The translations under genes were made by a program, and so were the position numbers. 64,000 nucleotides of DNA, taken from the NCBI RefSeq assembly GCF_009914755.1, contig NC_060942.1; one strand, written 5' to 3'. Origin of the DNA: the human T2T-CHM13v2.0 reference genome, Homo sapiens. This document shows positions 24,661 to 42,843 of the stretch, piece after piece. Below the pieces are notes generated by a model that was not told the origin of the DNA, did not search any database, and saw only the letters and a list, made by a program, of their open reading frames with translations. Position 1 is the first letter of the stretch. Each line of letters begins with the position of its first letter.

Positions 24661-27600
24661 TCTACCTCCATATTTTTTAAAGAAATAATTTCTCTCACTA
24701 AATGGCTGTCTGACAGACCTTTGTTTCTCCTCAATACATTGGTTCAAATTGTATTTTCAGAATCATTAACTTTAAAACTTCAAACTAATAGAAAATCAAA
24801 CTATTAGTACCTATCTTGTATTCCTAAAAACACTAGTTTTACTGTACTCTTGTCATCAGTTAGCAGGTTAAAATGCATGTATAAACTTGTCCCTTTAAGA
24901 TTTGTTAAAGATGTATTGCACTGTGTGCGTGTTTGTTTTGTTTTAAATAAAATTGTCTGCTTGTGCCAAAACAAGACAATGATAGAAGACAATCTGAGGG
25001 GGTATACCACAAGTGCAGAAAGGAACAAAATGTAAACTTACTAGCCTGAATATAGTGAGTTTGAAAGAGGCCAAGAAATAAGTCAACATTTTTTCAAAAT
25101 TGGCCCAGTGATAATTCGTTTGTCCATAGGGTGCAAAGGGCTTATGTATCATTTACTGCAGATCACGATATCTATGGTAATCAGAAAGAATAAAATTAGA
25201 ATTTGGGTTTCCTTCTGTTAAAATGAAAAATTGAAAGAATGAAAAAGATAAGTGTTAAATAGTTTAACATGTCCAGGTATCAGTGGTTCCCTTTATTACT
25301 AAAATACTCTGTAACTCATTGTTTTTTGTTATACTTTTGAATCCATTTTAATAGATCTTCAGTTTTGAAATGCTACCATTCCTAATAATCATTTTTACCT
25401 ATTGCTGTGTTTATTTAAAATATTACCTAAAACTATTTCTTGTCTTCATGCCTCTGTGACTAATGCTCATGTTACCTCTGACAACTCTTTTTGATATTAA
25501 CTTTCCCAAATTCAGGACCAAAGTTGAATACCAATGCTATCAAGATATCTGTTATACCTAAAGTATCTTCAGAGTTTTTTAGTTGTCCATTGGCCGTGAC
25601 AAAGATTTTATCTCTTGCCTTGTAAGAAAACAGATAATATGGAGAGTAAAAAAACAGGTAATTGAAATAATCTGGCATTCTCTAGTTTTAAAATATTCAA
25701 CACTCTTATGTCCACAATATGAAAAACCGGCAATTAAAAATAGAAGCTAAATGTCTCTGTATTAATTACATATAAGTTAAATGTAATTAATATAAATATT
25801 TCAGTACTTATGAAATTTTGTATCAAAAACACATGTTAATGTTCAAAGGTTGGCATGGTAACTGCAAATAAATAGATTAATTTCAAAAAGAGACATCTTG
25901 GTTTTCTACATAAACACTCTTGTCAATTGATGACAATCAGAATACATAGGGATAAATTAGAGACCCTGAAGATTTCACAATGTCCTCACTGTTTATGTGT
26001 TCTTAACCTCAGAACAAGCATCAGCAAAATCCTAACAAATTGATTGCTTATTGCATCTCAAGAGAGAATTTTTCTTTACATTCTGATATTAGGATTATTT
26101 TAATAAATTGAGCAAAGCCTTTGAATCTTATCATTCAGAAGTATTTTCTGCTTTTCCCCCACACTTACTGAAATACAAAAACAAATCACAAATTGATGCC
26201 GAAAGAAATATCAAAGGAGCCTAAGTAAAGGACTGAACCAGATCCTCAGACAGTTGAACCTACAGGGAATAGACTTATAGGTACAGGCTTCTCATTGTGA
26301 GCCAACTTCTTCACCCCAGACTGCAAGACTGTACCAAGAGACTGAATCAGGATCCTGGAACTTTTCCCCTCCCGAAGCAAATGACTTCATGGAAACAGAC
26401 TGTTTAGTCTAAGATCAACAAAATACAAATGAATTCCCTAGGACGAGGTGAATGAAATGCAGTGATTTAATTGCGGTCAGGATTCTATTTTAAATGGGCA
26501 TGGCAAGAAACCCCTTTTCTTCTTAATCTAGCACTGACCCTCAATTTGACAGATTATGCTTGTTCAAATTGGTGTGAAATCTTCTTTAAATGGTATCTTG
26601 TTCCAACTGAGCCCTCGGAATTCAGGGAAAAAAGTCTTAATAACATAGACTATAAATTAATATAGGAATAATGATTTTATAAAAAATAATGAGATGGAAC
26701 ACTAATAACGATTAAATATTATGCAAAGTGCCTTCACTAAATTCCTCTACTCTCTGTAACTGTAAATTATTTGCATAAGTTCAACAAGAATATGTTCCTT
26801 TTCCAGCCAGGGTATAATTGGATAAATCAAATCTATAACCACGATCATGCCAGAAACCTCATCTAATTAGGTAAGACAAGCCCAGGGACTATGCCTCCAC
26901 ATGTGGGGAGTAAGGCCCTCGAGGTCCTCCCATGAAATTGATCTACAGTCTGCTCTGTGACTTATGGGACCCCTGCCTCAAAGGCAGGCAGGGAATATTG
27001 ACAACAAAAAGATATCAGGGAAAGATGAGACTCTAATACTTTTAAAAGTTAGAGGCACTTTGGGCAAAGGCTGGGCAAAGGCTGGTAGATGTGAATTGGA
27101 TGGTTCTTGGTTCCTGATCTCAGTGGACCAACTGAGAAGGAAAACAAAATACTTCTGAAATATAAAGGTAAATTATACCCTTAGGGGTTTAACAAGGCCT
27201 CCAGCACTAACTTTTAAGTGTTAATATCATGTTGCTCTAGCTTTATTAAAACTAAAAAAAAAGGGGGGGTCCTTGTGTAATGTGTAACACTCATTGCTCC
27301 TATGAAAATAAAAATCATCAAATAAAGCAAAATATCAAATTAATGATACTGAGTCGGAAAATCACTAGGCATCTTATGTGACCAAACTGCACCTTAGGGA
27401 CGGGGAACTTGAACAAAAGAGGGATCTCCCTAGGCAAAACTGATCCTTTGCTCTGCTTCACTGTGATTAAGAATATGACATAGTACAGTTAGGAAAAAAG
27501 GGGAAAGAGTTTGCACTCTGAGATAAACCAAAAATAATAGGGTCGCTCTGTTGATGTCTGTTCCCCCAGATAATAAAAACTTGAACAATTCCAACAACCC

Positions 27601-29024
27601 TGCCTGACTCTCTAAACCAAAAACAAACAAACAAACAAAAAATGGCTTTATCCCTGACTTTCACAATGCCAACACGTGTGAGTATGATGATCGTGTGAAA
27701 AAGTTATTGTATTCCACCAAGAATGAAGTAATATAAATTTGACCAACTTGTAAGGCTATGGTTTTCTTCCTGTATTTGGTTCTTTCTAAGGAGGATCAGT
27801 CCTTTTGAAATCTGACTCCCTTCACTTCTTTGTAAATTAACTTTTCTTCATTTCTTCTTTCTAAATGCTTTTGTCTGTTGCTTTCTGTGCAGAAAATCAC
27901 CACCCTTCAGTATTAATCAGACACTCGCATAGGGGAGGGTTACTCACTCTTTTGGGACATTTTTCACACAAGCCTATCTGGCAATTTCCTGCCATGAAAA
28001 GGGACCACCCTGGCTGCCCTCTTTCTCCCTCCCCAGGGGCTTCAAAGCCACAGGCCTGAGTGTTCACTGTCAAGGGAGCGCATAGACACTGTCACCATGG
28101 CTGAGGACCAATTAGCTTTTCAGGGCTGCTGTTCTGCAGAGACAGAACTATAAAAAGGAGATCTGTTTCTGTTACAGTTACCAAAGGTAAAGGGACCCTT
28201 GGTGCCACTTGCTTAGTTAGGGACGCGGCATTGCTCATTGTGCAGCATGTGTGAATTTCACTCTGTACATCCTTGGTCTCGTTCCATTTCCATAAGCTCA
28301 TGTCCCAGTTATATTCAGGAAGCTCAGCCTCTGATCCCCTGGAATGTGCTAAAGCAGAAAAGGAAAAAGCTGCACTGCTATTCTTGGTCAGCTTCATAAT
28401 GAGGAGCTTCAGATTTTCTATAAAATGAAAGAGATTCAATTGGGTGAGGTCACCAGGTCACAATCTCCCTGAGAACACTGCTATTCAGAGCAAACCTCCT
28501 TCCCAGAGGGGTCCTTAAAGTTTAATAACATCAGTCAACTGCAGCAAGACCCTGTGAGAACACAATCTAAAAATGAGCTTCTGTGTGCCATCTATTATGG
28601 GGAGATCCGGTTTACCTTGTGTGCAATTTTAGATCATCAAAGGTGACATTGAGTGCTGGCTCCTAAATTTCAATCACAGCCTTAAACACCCTGTGATTTA
28701 GCCAGTAGCAGTTCTGTGGCTCTTTGAAAACAAAAGGCCACCTTCACAAGCCTGGGGGAAGGGTTTACCCCGCAGTGGAAGGCAGAGAAGCACACACAGT
28801 AAAAACCACGCAACAAAAACATGTCTGCTGAGTTGCTACAGCAGGACACGGGATTGTGATGTCCCTGGTAGCATGCTGTCAGATATTTTTTATGTGGGAC
28901 TTCTCTTTTGGTTTAGAATTTACATAGTATGACATCTAGCTTCTTAACACTTAACATCAAACTCAGTGAAAGAGAAAGTAGCACCCAAGGAAGGAAAAAG
29001 GGTGCCCTTCACATTGCTACCCAC

Positions 29025-29311
29025 CGATGCATCCAAAAACAAGGGCACATCTCCAATAAATCTTGTTGAGTGAAAAGGGCAGACACAATGAGTATACATT
29101 GTTACGATTCCATGGAGATGAAGCCTAAGGACAGGTAAAATGAATCTGTGATGATAGAAATCAGGAAGTGGTTGCCTCTGAATGATGGTCTTGATTGGGA
29201 AGGGGGATGAAGGAGTCTGGGGTAATAGATATAGTTGTTTACATGGGTATATGCATATGCAAACATTCCTCAAGCTTGACTGTATATAAGTTACATCTTG
29301 ATTCTAAAAAT
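29025..29311 (+). mobile_element. L1ME/MC-type 3' end fragment
   Basis: TGTTGAGTGAAAAGGGCAGACACA...GATAGAAATCAGGAAGTGGTTGCC. Confidence 0.65.
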
Positions 29312-30984
29312 TAGCCCTAAAGTTGGGACTTCTAAGACCACTCATTAAAGGCAAGTGGCAGATCCCCATTCCCTGCCCTACCCTCACTCCCCCCGTGCCT
29401 GAATAGGCCCAATACTGCCCAGGGCTGCTTGTTGTCCCTCATGAGCGGTGGTGGTCCCACTGCTCATCTGGCCCATGGTTCCCCCGTATGGAAATTCTGG
29501 GACACAGCCAGGGTGCCCACTTCTCTCTGTGCTCACCCAGCTCATCCAGTCTGTGTTTTTCCCTCCTTTTGACCAAAATACTGCAGTGAGATTGCCATCA
29601 AGATGAGACGGATGTGTTCTGGCATCTCCCGACCACCTCTGTCCCCCTCACCATTCCCCTTCGGAAATACACGTCCCCAGCCTGATGCAGTCTGACCTGC
29701 AGTCACTCCCTGCTTCTGACTCCGCAGCAACCCCGGGAACGTTTCCCACCCACTTTGCTGTCTGCTTTGTTCCATTCCTTTTTCTTGGTTAATCACAACA
29801 TCCATGCTCGTTTGTGCCCTGTTTATGAGTCACTATACGTGCTGGAACCTGAATTGAAACTGGAATGCAAAACCCTTGAGCCAAATCATGACGGGAGTCT
29901 GACCTCGGCTCTCCTAGCTCATCCCTGGGCAGCCCCAAAGCCTGTCCTTCTCCCTGTCTCTCTCACCCGTGAGGGCAGCTCTCTGATTTGATATGGGCTT
30001 TCAGTTATTAGGTTTCACTCTGGGTGTGTCTAACAATACTAGGATGCTATCGGTTTATTAGGCATTGGAATTGGGATGCTTAAGCAAAACAGGGAGAAAC
30101 GTGGAGACATCTTTGGCCAAGCTCAGATGCAAAACTGTATTGAGAGATAAGCACTATTACGGGTTTCCTCTTCAGTGTGGTGACATTTTTAAATGGGAGC
30201 AGAGGAATTTTTTCCATTTGTTTCCTTCTATTAACAACATCCCTTATAACATTCCTGAGATCTCAGGGAAACGGTCACCCATGTTTTAGTTTTGTCTCAT
30301 ACTATATAAATTAGAAGCAAAGTAAATTTCTGCATGTGTACTCCCCTGAGACCAGACAATGTTCCCTGAAACCTGGCATGCACCTTCAGAGCCCTGGCAC
30401 TGGGTGTGAATTTCAAAACCATATTTTTCTCTCCAAATAATTGTCCTTGTCCATGCTCAGTCAGGTGTTTCCTCACATAAATCCCTAGGCTTCAATTAAA
30501 ATCCAAACAGAAAGGAACTGCTACTCATTTTTTAACCATTTAAATAGAATAGCTTTCTGCATCCACATTAATTCTTTTTATAGGCTATGAAGGGTCTATA
30601 TGTACTATGATTTCTTTATTTGTATTAGAGTTTTATATTTGCAAAAATAATTTATGTTGTTTAATTCATCAGCCCTTATGGTACCTTTGAAAGAGCAGAA
30701 TTATACTCCCATTTCAGAGGCAAAAAAGTACAAATCAAGGTCATGTCTGAGAAAGCCTTTAAGAACTCAAGGATTACGTTTCCAGTTTGTGTCTTCGTTT
30801 GTAAGTTTTTCCAAATCCTTTGGTTCCATGACCACTGTCTTCCCATCAGCCACCCAAAACATTGTTGGGAATGTCCTTCACTGTGACTCCGTGGATGCCA
30901 AAGGAGCAGTGATCCTACAGAAAGTCCAGTGTTCCTTCATGTGGCCCTTGAGGTTCCTGGAGAGAAAACCCTGGAATGCTTCAG

Positions 30985-31504
<520 letters not shown>

Positions 31505-32334
31505 TGAAAGGATTCATGCTGCTTACTGTTTCTTCTGTATGGTTAAATGTAAGAGACATGGGGCATTTGCTTGGAGACACATGGACATTTATTTCAACTT
31601 CAGGATGTCGCTGAGTTCCACTGAAAACATTCTCTCGGGGTGAATTAAAAAAAAAAAAAACCCTTCCAGGGTTGTTGATGCTAACATTACAATGGCCTTA
31701 AACATGCCACAGTTCCTGGACTAAGGAGGATCTTACCAATGCTACTCAGGCATGACATTGCCTTAGACAGCCAATCACCTTGTTTCCTAATTAGATAAGG
31801 GCCTACACATTATTTTGTGAGAGAGAGACCAGAATTCTATCAGCCATAAAGTAGGCTGGAGAAATCCCAAATCCTTTTTCTACCTTGTCACTTCGTTGCA
31901 AGACATTACCTACCGCTATTCCAATCACTAATTGGTGCTTTCTGCTATACAACAAATGAGCTAAAACTTCTGAGTTGGTTTCATTTCCTTTAAATTCTGC
32001 TCATTACTAAGAAGTACCAAACCTCAAGCTTATTAAAACCAGAGTGTGGGCTGCTTATCACCAGGGGCTATGTCCTTTCACTGTAAGAGAACTCAATTTG
32101 CATCTTCTGGGATTTTCCCTCACCTCCTCCGGGGAGCTTAAGCGAGTCTCCGCAAGCCTCACTGGAGGCCTTGTTACAGTCAGCTCACCAGAGACAGGGA
32201 GCAGACAGCATTTTTATCCACGGATCCATGAATCATCACCACCACACATTCTCAGCAGCAAAACTGGGCTTTCCACTACCTGAGGCTGTCTCTTAAATAC
32301 AAACAATTCTCCACTCCTAAACAGTGCCTTTTCA

Positions 32335-32925
<591 letters not shown>

Positions 32926-33699
32926 TTATTCTTACAACTAGACAGCTCTGGTCCACTGCTGCTGTTGTGAGAACCATTAGGGGACAAAAACATAAATAAG
33001 CATTTGAGGTTTTGGAGACTGTAAGCAATTAGAGGAATGAAAAGCAGGAAGAGTTTCCGGCAGTTGAAACCAGGAGAGAAGCAGCAGTGAGAAATATTCT
33101 GCCTGCACACTGAATGACTGGATGGGCCAACATGATCCTCTCTCACTCTGCCTAGAAATATTCACGCTCTGTTGTTAACCTGTTGTAAAGAAGCTGCTCC
33201 CCCTCGCACCTGGGACACCCTGCACATGTCCACATAAGTCCTGCAGGCAGAGGAGACTTGAGTCGCAGCTCCTCTGAGCCGGCAGAGCAACTTACGGCCC
33301 TCCCTGGAAGGCCCTCTCCCCTTCCCTGCCTGTCTCTTCTGGGAGGCTGTTAGAAGGTTAATTCCCATCATATCCCAGGTTGTGAAGAAGAATGAGGTTT
33401 CCTTCCTTGCCCTCTTGAGAAAAAAAAACTGCAGATGATGAACCTGCTTAGCTGCCGTCTAAGACTGGGCTCTTGGCAACAGGGTTCCTCCCAACTCAAG
33501 CTGCTGTCATGGTTCCTCCTGCCTTGGTGTCCTGCTCTGTCACATGTGGGAAAAGGACCGTGGGGAACTGGCACTTTGGTGGGTCTTTCCTTTCTCTCTA
33601 GGTAAGCAATACACTGAGAGTGTCTCATTGTACTTTTACCGTCCAATCAGTCAGAACTTGGCCTTAACCGCTCCTGTGCCTGACACATGTTGGTTATTT

Positions 33700-33903
33700 A
33701 AGATCCATTTCGGTAAGAGGTAATTCTTTTGAAAATCCAAATAATTATAGGACCACCATGGTTAACTTTTTGGCAGGAAGAGGAGCAGTTCATAGAGCCC
33801 TCTGTGCACACTTTCCCTCAGAAAAACATAACTGCACAAATATTTGTATACATTTTGTAGAAGGGTATATATATACTCCATGGACCTCAGGCAGAAACCT
33901 CTG
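33700..33903 (-). mobile_element. MER117-like hAT fragment
   Basis: CAGAAAAACAT...TTTGTATACATTT...TCCATGGACCTCAGG...CCTCTG terminus. Confidence 0.45.
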
Positions 33904-33924
33904 CTGTCAAGGGATTTAGGTCCA

Positions 33925-34642
33925 ACCAATTACTCAAGCCATGAAATAAAATAGTATTACCAGATTGATGTTCTCTTATTTATGAGGCACCATGCTAAGC
34001 AGTTGAGTTGCAGCAATGGACAAAGACTGCCTGTCCTCATGGAACATATGACTGGCCTTCCCAGTGCAAAAGGCAGACACTAATCATACAGTCACAGACA
34101 TCAACACAAAGTGCAGCTGCAGGAAGTCAACAGGAGGGGTGCATGGTACCATGAGGGCTTACAGGAGGATCTGAACCAGCCAGAGAGACCAGAAATCATG
34201 CCCTAAGAAAATGTGATTGAGCTGAAAGCGGGAGGGTGGCAAAAGCAGAGAGGGCCACATGTGCCAAGGTCCTGTGGCAGATGGCACCAGGGAATCTGCT
34301 GGAAGGGGGCCCATGTGGCTGGGTTTCAGGGAGCAAGGGACAGTGTGGATGAGAAAAGGCAGGAGAGGTGTGTGAGGGGCAGCCACACAGGGCCTTCCGA
34401 GCCTCAGTAAAGGATTCTCCATGCTGCGAGAAAAAATGAGAGGACTTTCAGCTAGAGGCAGGTGGGTGGGCGTGCTGACCTGATTTGATTTGTGTTTGAA
34501 GCTGGGACTGCAGCACGGAGGATGAGCTAGATGGGGCTGGAGCAGACATGGGAGAGCCCCATGGTGCCCTATGCTGGGAGATCAGGTGTGAGATTAGGGA
34601 ACTGTTAGAGTTGGAGGGAAGGGACAGATTTGAGAGCTATTT
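33925..34642 (-). mobile_element. L2 fragment (resumes after 35787)
   Basis: GGCACCATGCTAAG...CCTGTCCTCATGGAAC...GTGCCAAGGTCCTGTGGCAG antisense L2 pattern. Confidence 0.65.
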
Positions 34643-35352
34643 CTAAATATTTTAAAATTTTTAATTACTGTGGATACATAGTAGTTGTACATATTCATGG
34701 GGTGCATGTGATATTTTGCTACAAGCATACAAGGTATAATGATCAAATGTGGGTAAGTGGGGTATCTACCACCTCAAGCATTTATCACTTCTTTGTGTTA
34801 GTAACATTCCAATTCCACTTTTTCAGTTATTTTAAAATACATAATAAATTATTGTTAACTCCAGTTGCCCTATTGTGCAACTAAACACTAGATTTATTCC
34901 TTCTATCTAACTGTATTTTTGTACCTACTAACCATCCTCTCGCTATCCCCTCCTCCAGACTGCCCTTTCCAGCCTCTGGTAACCAGCATTCTGCTCTCTA
35001 TCTCCATGAGTTCAGTTTTTTTTAGCTCTCACATATGAGTGAGAAGATGCAGTATTTGTCTTTCTGTGCCTCGCTTATTTCACTTAATATAATGTCCTCC
35101 AGTTTCATCCATGTTGTTGCAAATGACAGGATTTCATTCTTCTTAAGGCTGAATAGTATTCCATTATGTATATGTACCACACTTTCTTTATCCATTCATC
35201 CACTGATGGACACTTAAGCTGATTCCATATCTTGGCTATTGTGAATAGTGCTGCAGCAGACATGGGAGGTGCAGATATTTCTTAAATATATGGATGTCTT
35301 TTTGTTTGGATATATACCCAGCAGTGGTGTTGCTAGATCACATACTAGTTCT
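34643..35352 (-). mobile_element. L1MA-type 3' end
   Basis: GATACATAGTAGTTGTACATATTCATGGGGTGCATGTGATATTTTG; TSD ATTTGAGAGC(T/C)ATTT. Confidence 0.9.
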
Positions 35353-35362
35353 ATTTGAGAGC

Positions 35363-35782
35363 TGATACGGTTTGGATCTATGTCCCCACCCAAATCTCAT
35401 GCTCAGTTGTAACCCTCAGTGTTGGAAGTGGGGCCCGGTGGGAGGTGAATGTACCATGGGTGTGGTTTCTGATGGTTTAGCTCCATCTACCTAGTGCTAG
35501 TCTCATGATAGTGAGTGAGTTCTCATGAGATATGGTTGCTTAAAAGTAGGTAGTATCTCCCCCATATTTTTCCTCCTGCTCTGGCCATATGAAACGTCTC
35601 ACTTCCCCTTTTGCCTTCTGCCATGACTGTAAATTTCCTGAGGCCTCCTCAGAGGCCAAGCAGTTGCCAGCATCATGCTTCCTGTACAGCCTGCAGAATC
35701 ATGAGCCAATTAAACCTCTTTTCTGTATAAATTAACCAGTCTCAGGTATTTCTTTATAGCAATGTGAGAACAGGCTAATACA
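35363..35782 (+). mobile_element. MSTA MaLR solo LTR
   Basis: TGATACGGTTTGGATCTATGTCCCCACCCAAATCTCATG ... CTAATACA; perfect TSD AGAGC. Confidence 0.92.
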
Positions 35783-36199
35783 AGAGCCATTTAGGAGATA
35801 AAACTTGTAGGACTTAACAGAGACATGCTGGGCAGGTCTGTGAATTGTCAGTGGAGAGGAAAAGTTAGTAACTGCAGCATGGGGTGCTCTGAGCTGTGGG
35901 TCCCACAGCTGTGGAATGAGGAGTGCAGGAGGAAATGCATTCCCCTCCTGTTTTTCAGAGTCACTTGGCATTGGGAGGATTTCATAATGCTGACTTTTGC
36001 CTTTGCTGCCTTTCCTACCTCCTTCCATTGCCCCATCAATCTTCATTCAGATGGTACCTGCTTGCATTTCTTATGGGTATAGATTCCAGAATTAGAAAGA
36101 AAACAGATGGCCCAACTAACACCACCTTTTCACCTGAAGTTCGGAGGTGAAAATACTGCCCAAGATTTTAGATGTCGACGTTTCAAATAAACAAGAATT

Positions 36200-36445
36200 T
36201 ATTCGTCGAAAATGTATCCTGTTGACCACTAATCCCCTGAGATGCCCTTCAAATGTTTGCTAAAATAAACTTGTTACACACTTTATATTGCAGTCTTTTT
36301 TGGATATGCATGATGCTCATTAGCATATTAAAGTCTCAGAGGAGTCCTGCAGCAAAGAAACACTAAATTCTGATTTCCTAAAGTGAACTCTTTTACCCTA
36401 ACTCCCACTACTATTCCAAGCGCACAACTCAGGAAACCCATCCTC
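36200..36445. mobile_element. MER103C-like hAT MITE (opposite orientation to the 19.5 kb copy)
   Basis: CATTAGCATATTAAAGTCTCAGAGGAGTCCTGCAGCAAAGAAAC. Confidence 0.55.
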
Positions 36446-36464
36446 AGACCTCACTATGATTTCT

Positions 36465-37792
<1,328 letters not shown>

Positions 37793-38719
37793 CTGTGATT
37801 TCTGTCGTCCCATTACATTAGGGCCTGAAGAAGTTTCTCGGGCTGTTCTTTTTGGCCTGCTCCCTCAATTCTTAGTCTCCACGGTTGGGAGCTGCTCTCT
37901 AGCTCCCACTGAAGCATCCCACCCCTTCTCATCCCTTCAAAATGCTCCATGCTCCACAATCACCCAATTGCTCCTCAGTTGCTTTCAAATCAAATATCCG
38001 TTGCCTCAGTACAACCACTATCAGCTCTCATAGAGGAAACAGTCTGCACCAGCCGATCCACGCTGATGATGAATGACTAATAGCCCACGACATCCTGCCC
38101 CTAGAAGACACGTCTTATCCCAAACAATCCCTGCTGTTGTGATTTTTCATAAACCAACACCAGGGGCAGAGGTTTTGGGGGCAAAGGAACCACCATAAAA
38201 AGCCGACCAGCCCTGGTCACTTCCTCTAAGTGATTTCTCCTCTTCAAAAATCTACTTTCTCTACTCTTGAAATCACAGGATCTATAAAATATTTCCATCG
38301 TCTAGTCATCTGCTACCCCAGGAGCACCAATTGGTGTGAGCAGCAGAGAGAGAGCTGTTCACTTTTCTCGAGGCTGCGGAGGGAAGCAGGCAGGGGACGA
38401 GGCCTGTGATCCTGGATGGATTATGCATGAGGTGCTCACTAACTCTCATCTGTTTGTGACAAGCTTACCACTATGAAGTCCTCCAAACCCTATGGGAAGA
38501 CAAGAATGATGCTCATGTACTAGTTATGTAACCATACAAACACTTATGTCTTCATGCGCCATATTTTTTCATCTAAGATGAGGCAGGTATTGTCTTTATG
38601 AGCACTGGCGGCACCCATTGGCTTACGTGAATGGTTCCATCAGACATCCCTGGATCTTTTCCCTTTTCTTAGCTTTTCTTTGTTCATTCCTCCAGCCCGT
38701 CATAAATGTGACTCAACTT

Positions 38720-39043
38720 TTTCCTTTTCTCTTTTTCTTTTTGAAACGAGATATCTCTCTGTTGCTCAGGCTAGAGTGCATTGGCACAATCCTGGCTCAA
38801 AGCAGCCTTGACCTCCTGGGCTCCAGCAATCCTCCCACCTCAGCCTCCTGAGTAGCTGGGATCACAGGCATGCACTACCATGCACATACATGATTATAAT
38901 CAATATTTGTTTTTGTTTTGTTTTTATAGAGATGGGGTCTCCCTATGTTGCCCAGGCTGCTCTCAAACACTCCCACTGAAGTAATCCTCCTGCCTCGGCC
39001 TCCCAAAGTGCTGGGATTACAGGCATGAGCCACTGTATCCTGC
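38720..39043 (-). mobile_element. AluJ
   Basis: GCAGCCTTGACCTCCTGGGCTC J-type; TSD TGTGACTCA(A/G)CTT. Confidence 0.92.
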
Positions 39044-39620
39044 TGTGACTCAGCTTAATCAGCTCTTCTAGGTTTCTCAGGGATTCCTTGTGTTCCCCTA
39101 AGTTAGAGAGAAGCTACGAGTTGTTTCTTGAGATCACAGTGCATCCTCTACTACAAAGAAACTTTTTGGTTGTTCTCTTCCAATTGGCTGGGCAGGGGCC
39201 ACATCCTTCAGAAGAACTTGGGAGGTTCCTTCTATGCTAATCCAATGGTCTCTTTTCTGAGAAGTGTACATTCTTCTATTTCTTGGTGTCAGAAATTCTT
39301 GATCATCAAGCAGATTGTCTAAGACCTCTATTCTTTTCTTTAAATTATCTTTCCTTCCCTTTATTCTATGACAATATTCCTTCACCTCTTAATGTGAATG
39401 ACTGCTTTCTGTCCTTACAACCTTCTCTGACATTTCATTCAGCCTTCACCTAATTCTCCCACTCCAATTTCTGATGCTCCGACAATAGTGTCAGTTGCTT
39501 CTAAGAACTCCTTCAGGAGCTGCAGTCAAGAGTGAGGACTCTATCTCTGCCTCTCTGTCTCTTTTTGTCTCTTTTTCTCCATCTTTCTGTCTCTTTCTGT
39601 CTCTGTATCTTCCTCTGTCT

Positions 39621-39624
<4 letters not shown>

Positions 39625-39668
<44 letters not shown>
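39625..39668. repeat. (CA)22 microsatellite preceded by a CT-rich tract
   Basis: Read directly. Confidence 0.97.
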
Positions 39669-39672
<4 letters not shown>

Positions 39673-40464
39673 ATCCTTAGACCCCATGTTAGGAAATACT
39701 CTTAGAAATATGGCTAGTACCTGGTATAATTTAAGCAGAACAACAAGACCTAAAAGCCTGAGAGTGTTCCTGGAAACAGAAGATCCTATTATTGCCAACA
39801 GTTTGAAATCGTCAAGTACTCACATTTTTCAAGCCACTTTGCCAAACAGCTAAACATGATGCAAGTCTGCACTATTTCAAGTCATAGTTCCAAAGTTCTT
39901 TATGAGAGGGGTTATCTCTGGCATGTGTCCAGATGGATGGGAAAATGCCAGCAAACCACGGCAAAAAATATTTGGCTAGCTTAGATGTAGAAGAGGAAAC
40001 AAATTTAATGAGTTCCAGGTATAAATCATCCATGCTAGCTATTTTATTGCTCTTCCCCTGGAACAACAGTGTCTTAAACTTCTCTGGGATTGGCCCAGAT
40101 AGAACATACATAGGGAGAATCATCACTCCATAGGCTAGAGCCACAATGAGAAGAGCTGTGGTTTTTTTCTATGAAGCGAGCAAGGCTGCCTGCATTGGAC
40201 ACTGTGTTCACAAAGTATAGACTGAGGAGATCAATCAAGCATCATTTTAAGGAAAGAAAACCTCAAAGGCCTGCCTTAATTCTGATACTTTGCTAGAGTC
40301 CCATCCCTCAAAAAAATACAGTTGTTTACCCTTTAGTTTTTCATGCCTTATTTGTTTCACCCCTAAGGAAATGACTTCTGTTTCGGTTCAGTTGACCTTG
40401 CCGGAAGTTATGCACACGTGGACAGCCATGAGGACTAAGGAGCAGTGAATCCTATGGACCCTTT

Positions 40465-40876
<412 letters not shown>

Positions 40877-41343
40877 TAACCCACATCCCTGCCAAATTAG
40901 TGGGAGGAGCATATACTGGGACAAACCTCTCTTCAGTGCTTCCCCTTCTCCACACTCCTGGCATCAAAGGTCTTCAGCAATTTTCCCATCTCCTTATTGA
41001 AAATCAATTATCTGTTCATTCATTCATACAATGACAAGGGTCTAGGTGTACAGGGGAGTACGCAGTATTAAAATAAGGACAGAAGGAGTATAAGGGTAAC
41101 TCTTCAACTCTCAACCCTCTGGATCTTAGTAGCCCAAATCACGAAGGGAAATTTCCAGACCCCTCACTTTTGAGCCACAGGTAATAGGTTATTACAGGTG
41201 ATCTGTCTAAGAACTATCTTAGATTGACCTTGTAAATAATGATAGTTCCTTATAATAGAAGAAGGGAATCAGACCACTGTTGACCTTTCCATCTCTGCAA
41301 TGTGCTGATTCTGGGGACCTTTAAGGTTGAAGTCCAGCCATAG

Positions 41344-41757
<414 letters not shown>

Positions 41758-41847
41758 TAGTCCACAAAGAAGCCACAAAAAACAGATGCCTTCCTAGCTC
41801 CCCAAGACTCCACCTGGTCCAAGGTATCATGGCAGAGTAATTCTAGG

Positions 41848-42843
<996 letters not shown>

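Larger units (their letters stand above)
22912..24710 (-). mobile_element. L1MB-type 3' end, interrupted by a FLAM and an Alu
   Basis: TTAGTACATTCACAATGTTGTACAAC...; GGCTATTGTGAATAGTGCTGCTATGAACATT; antisense ORF2 3' region. Confidence 0.85.
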
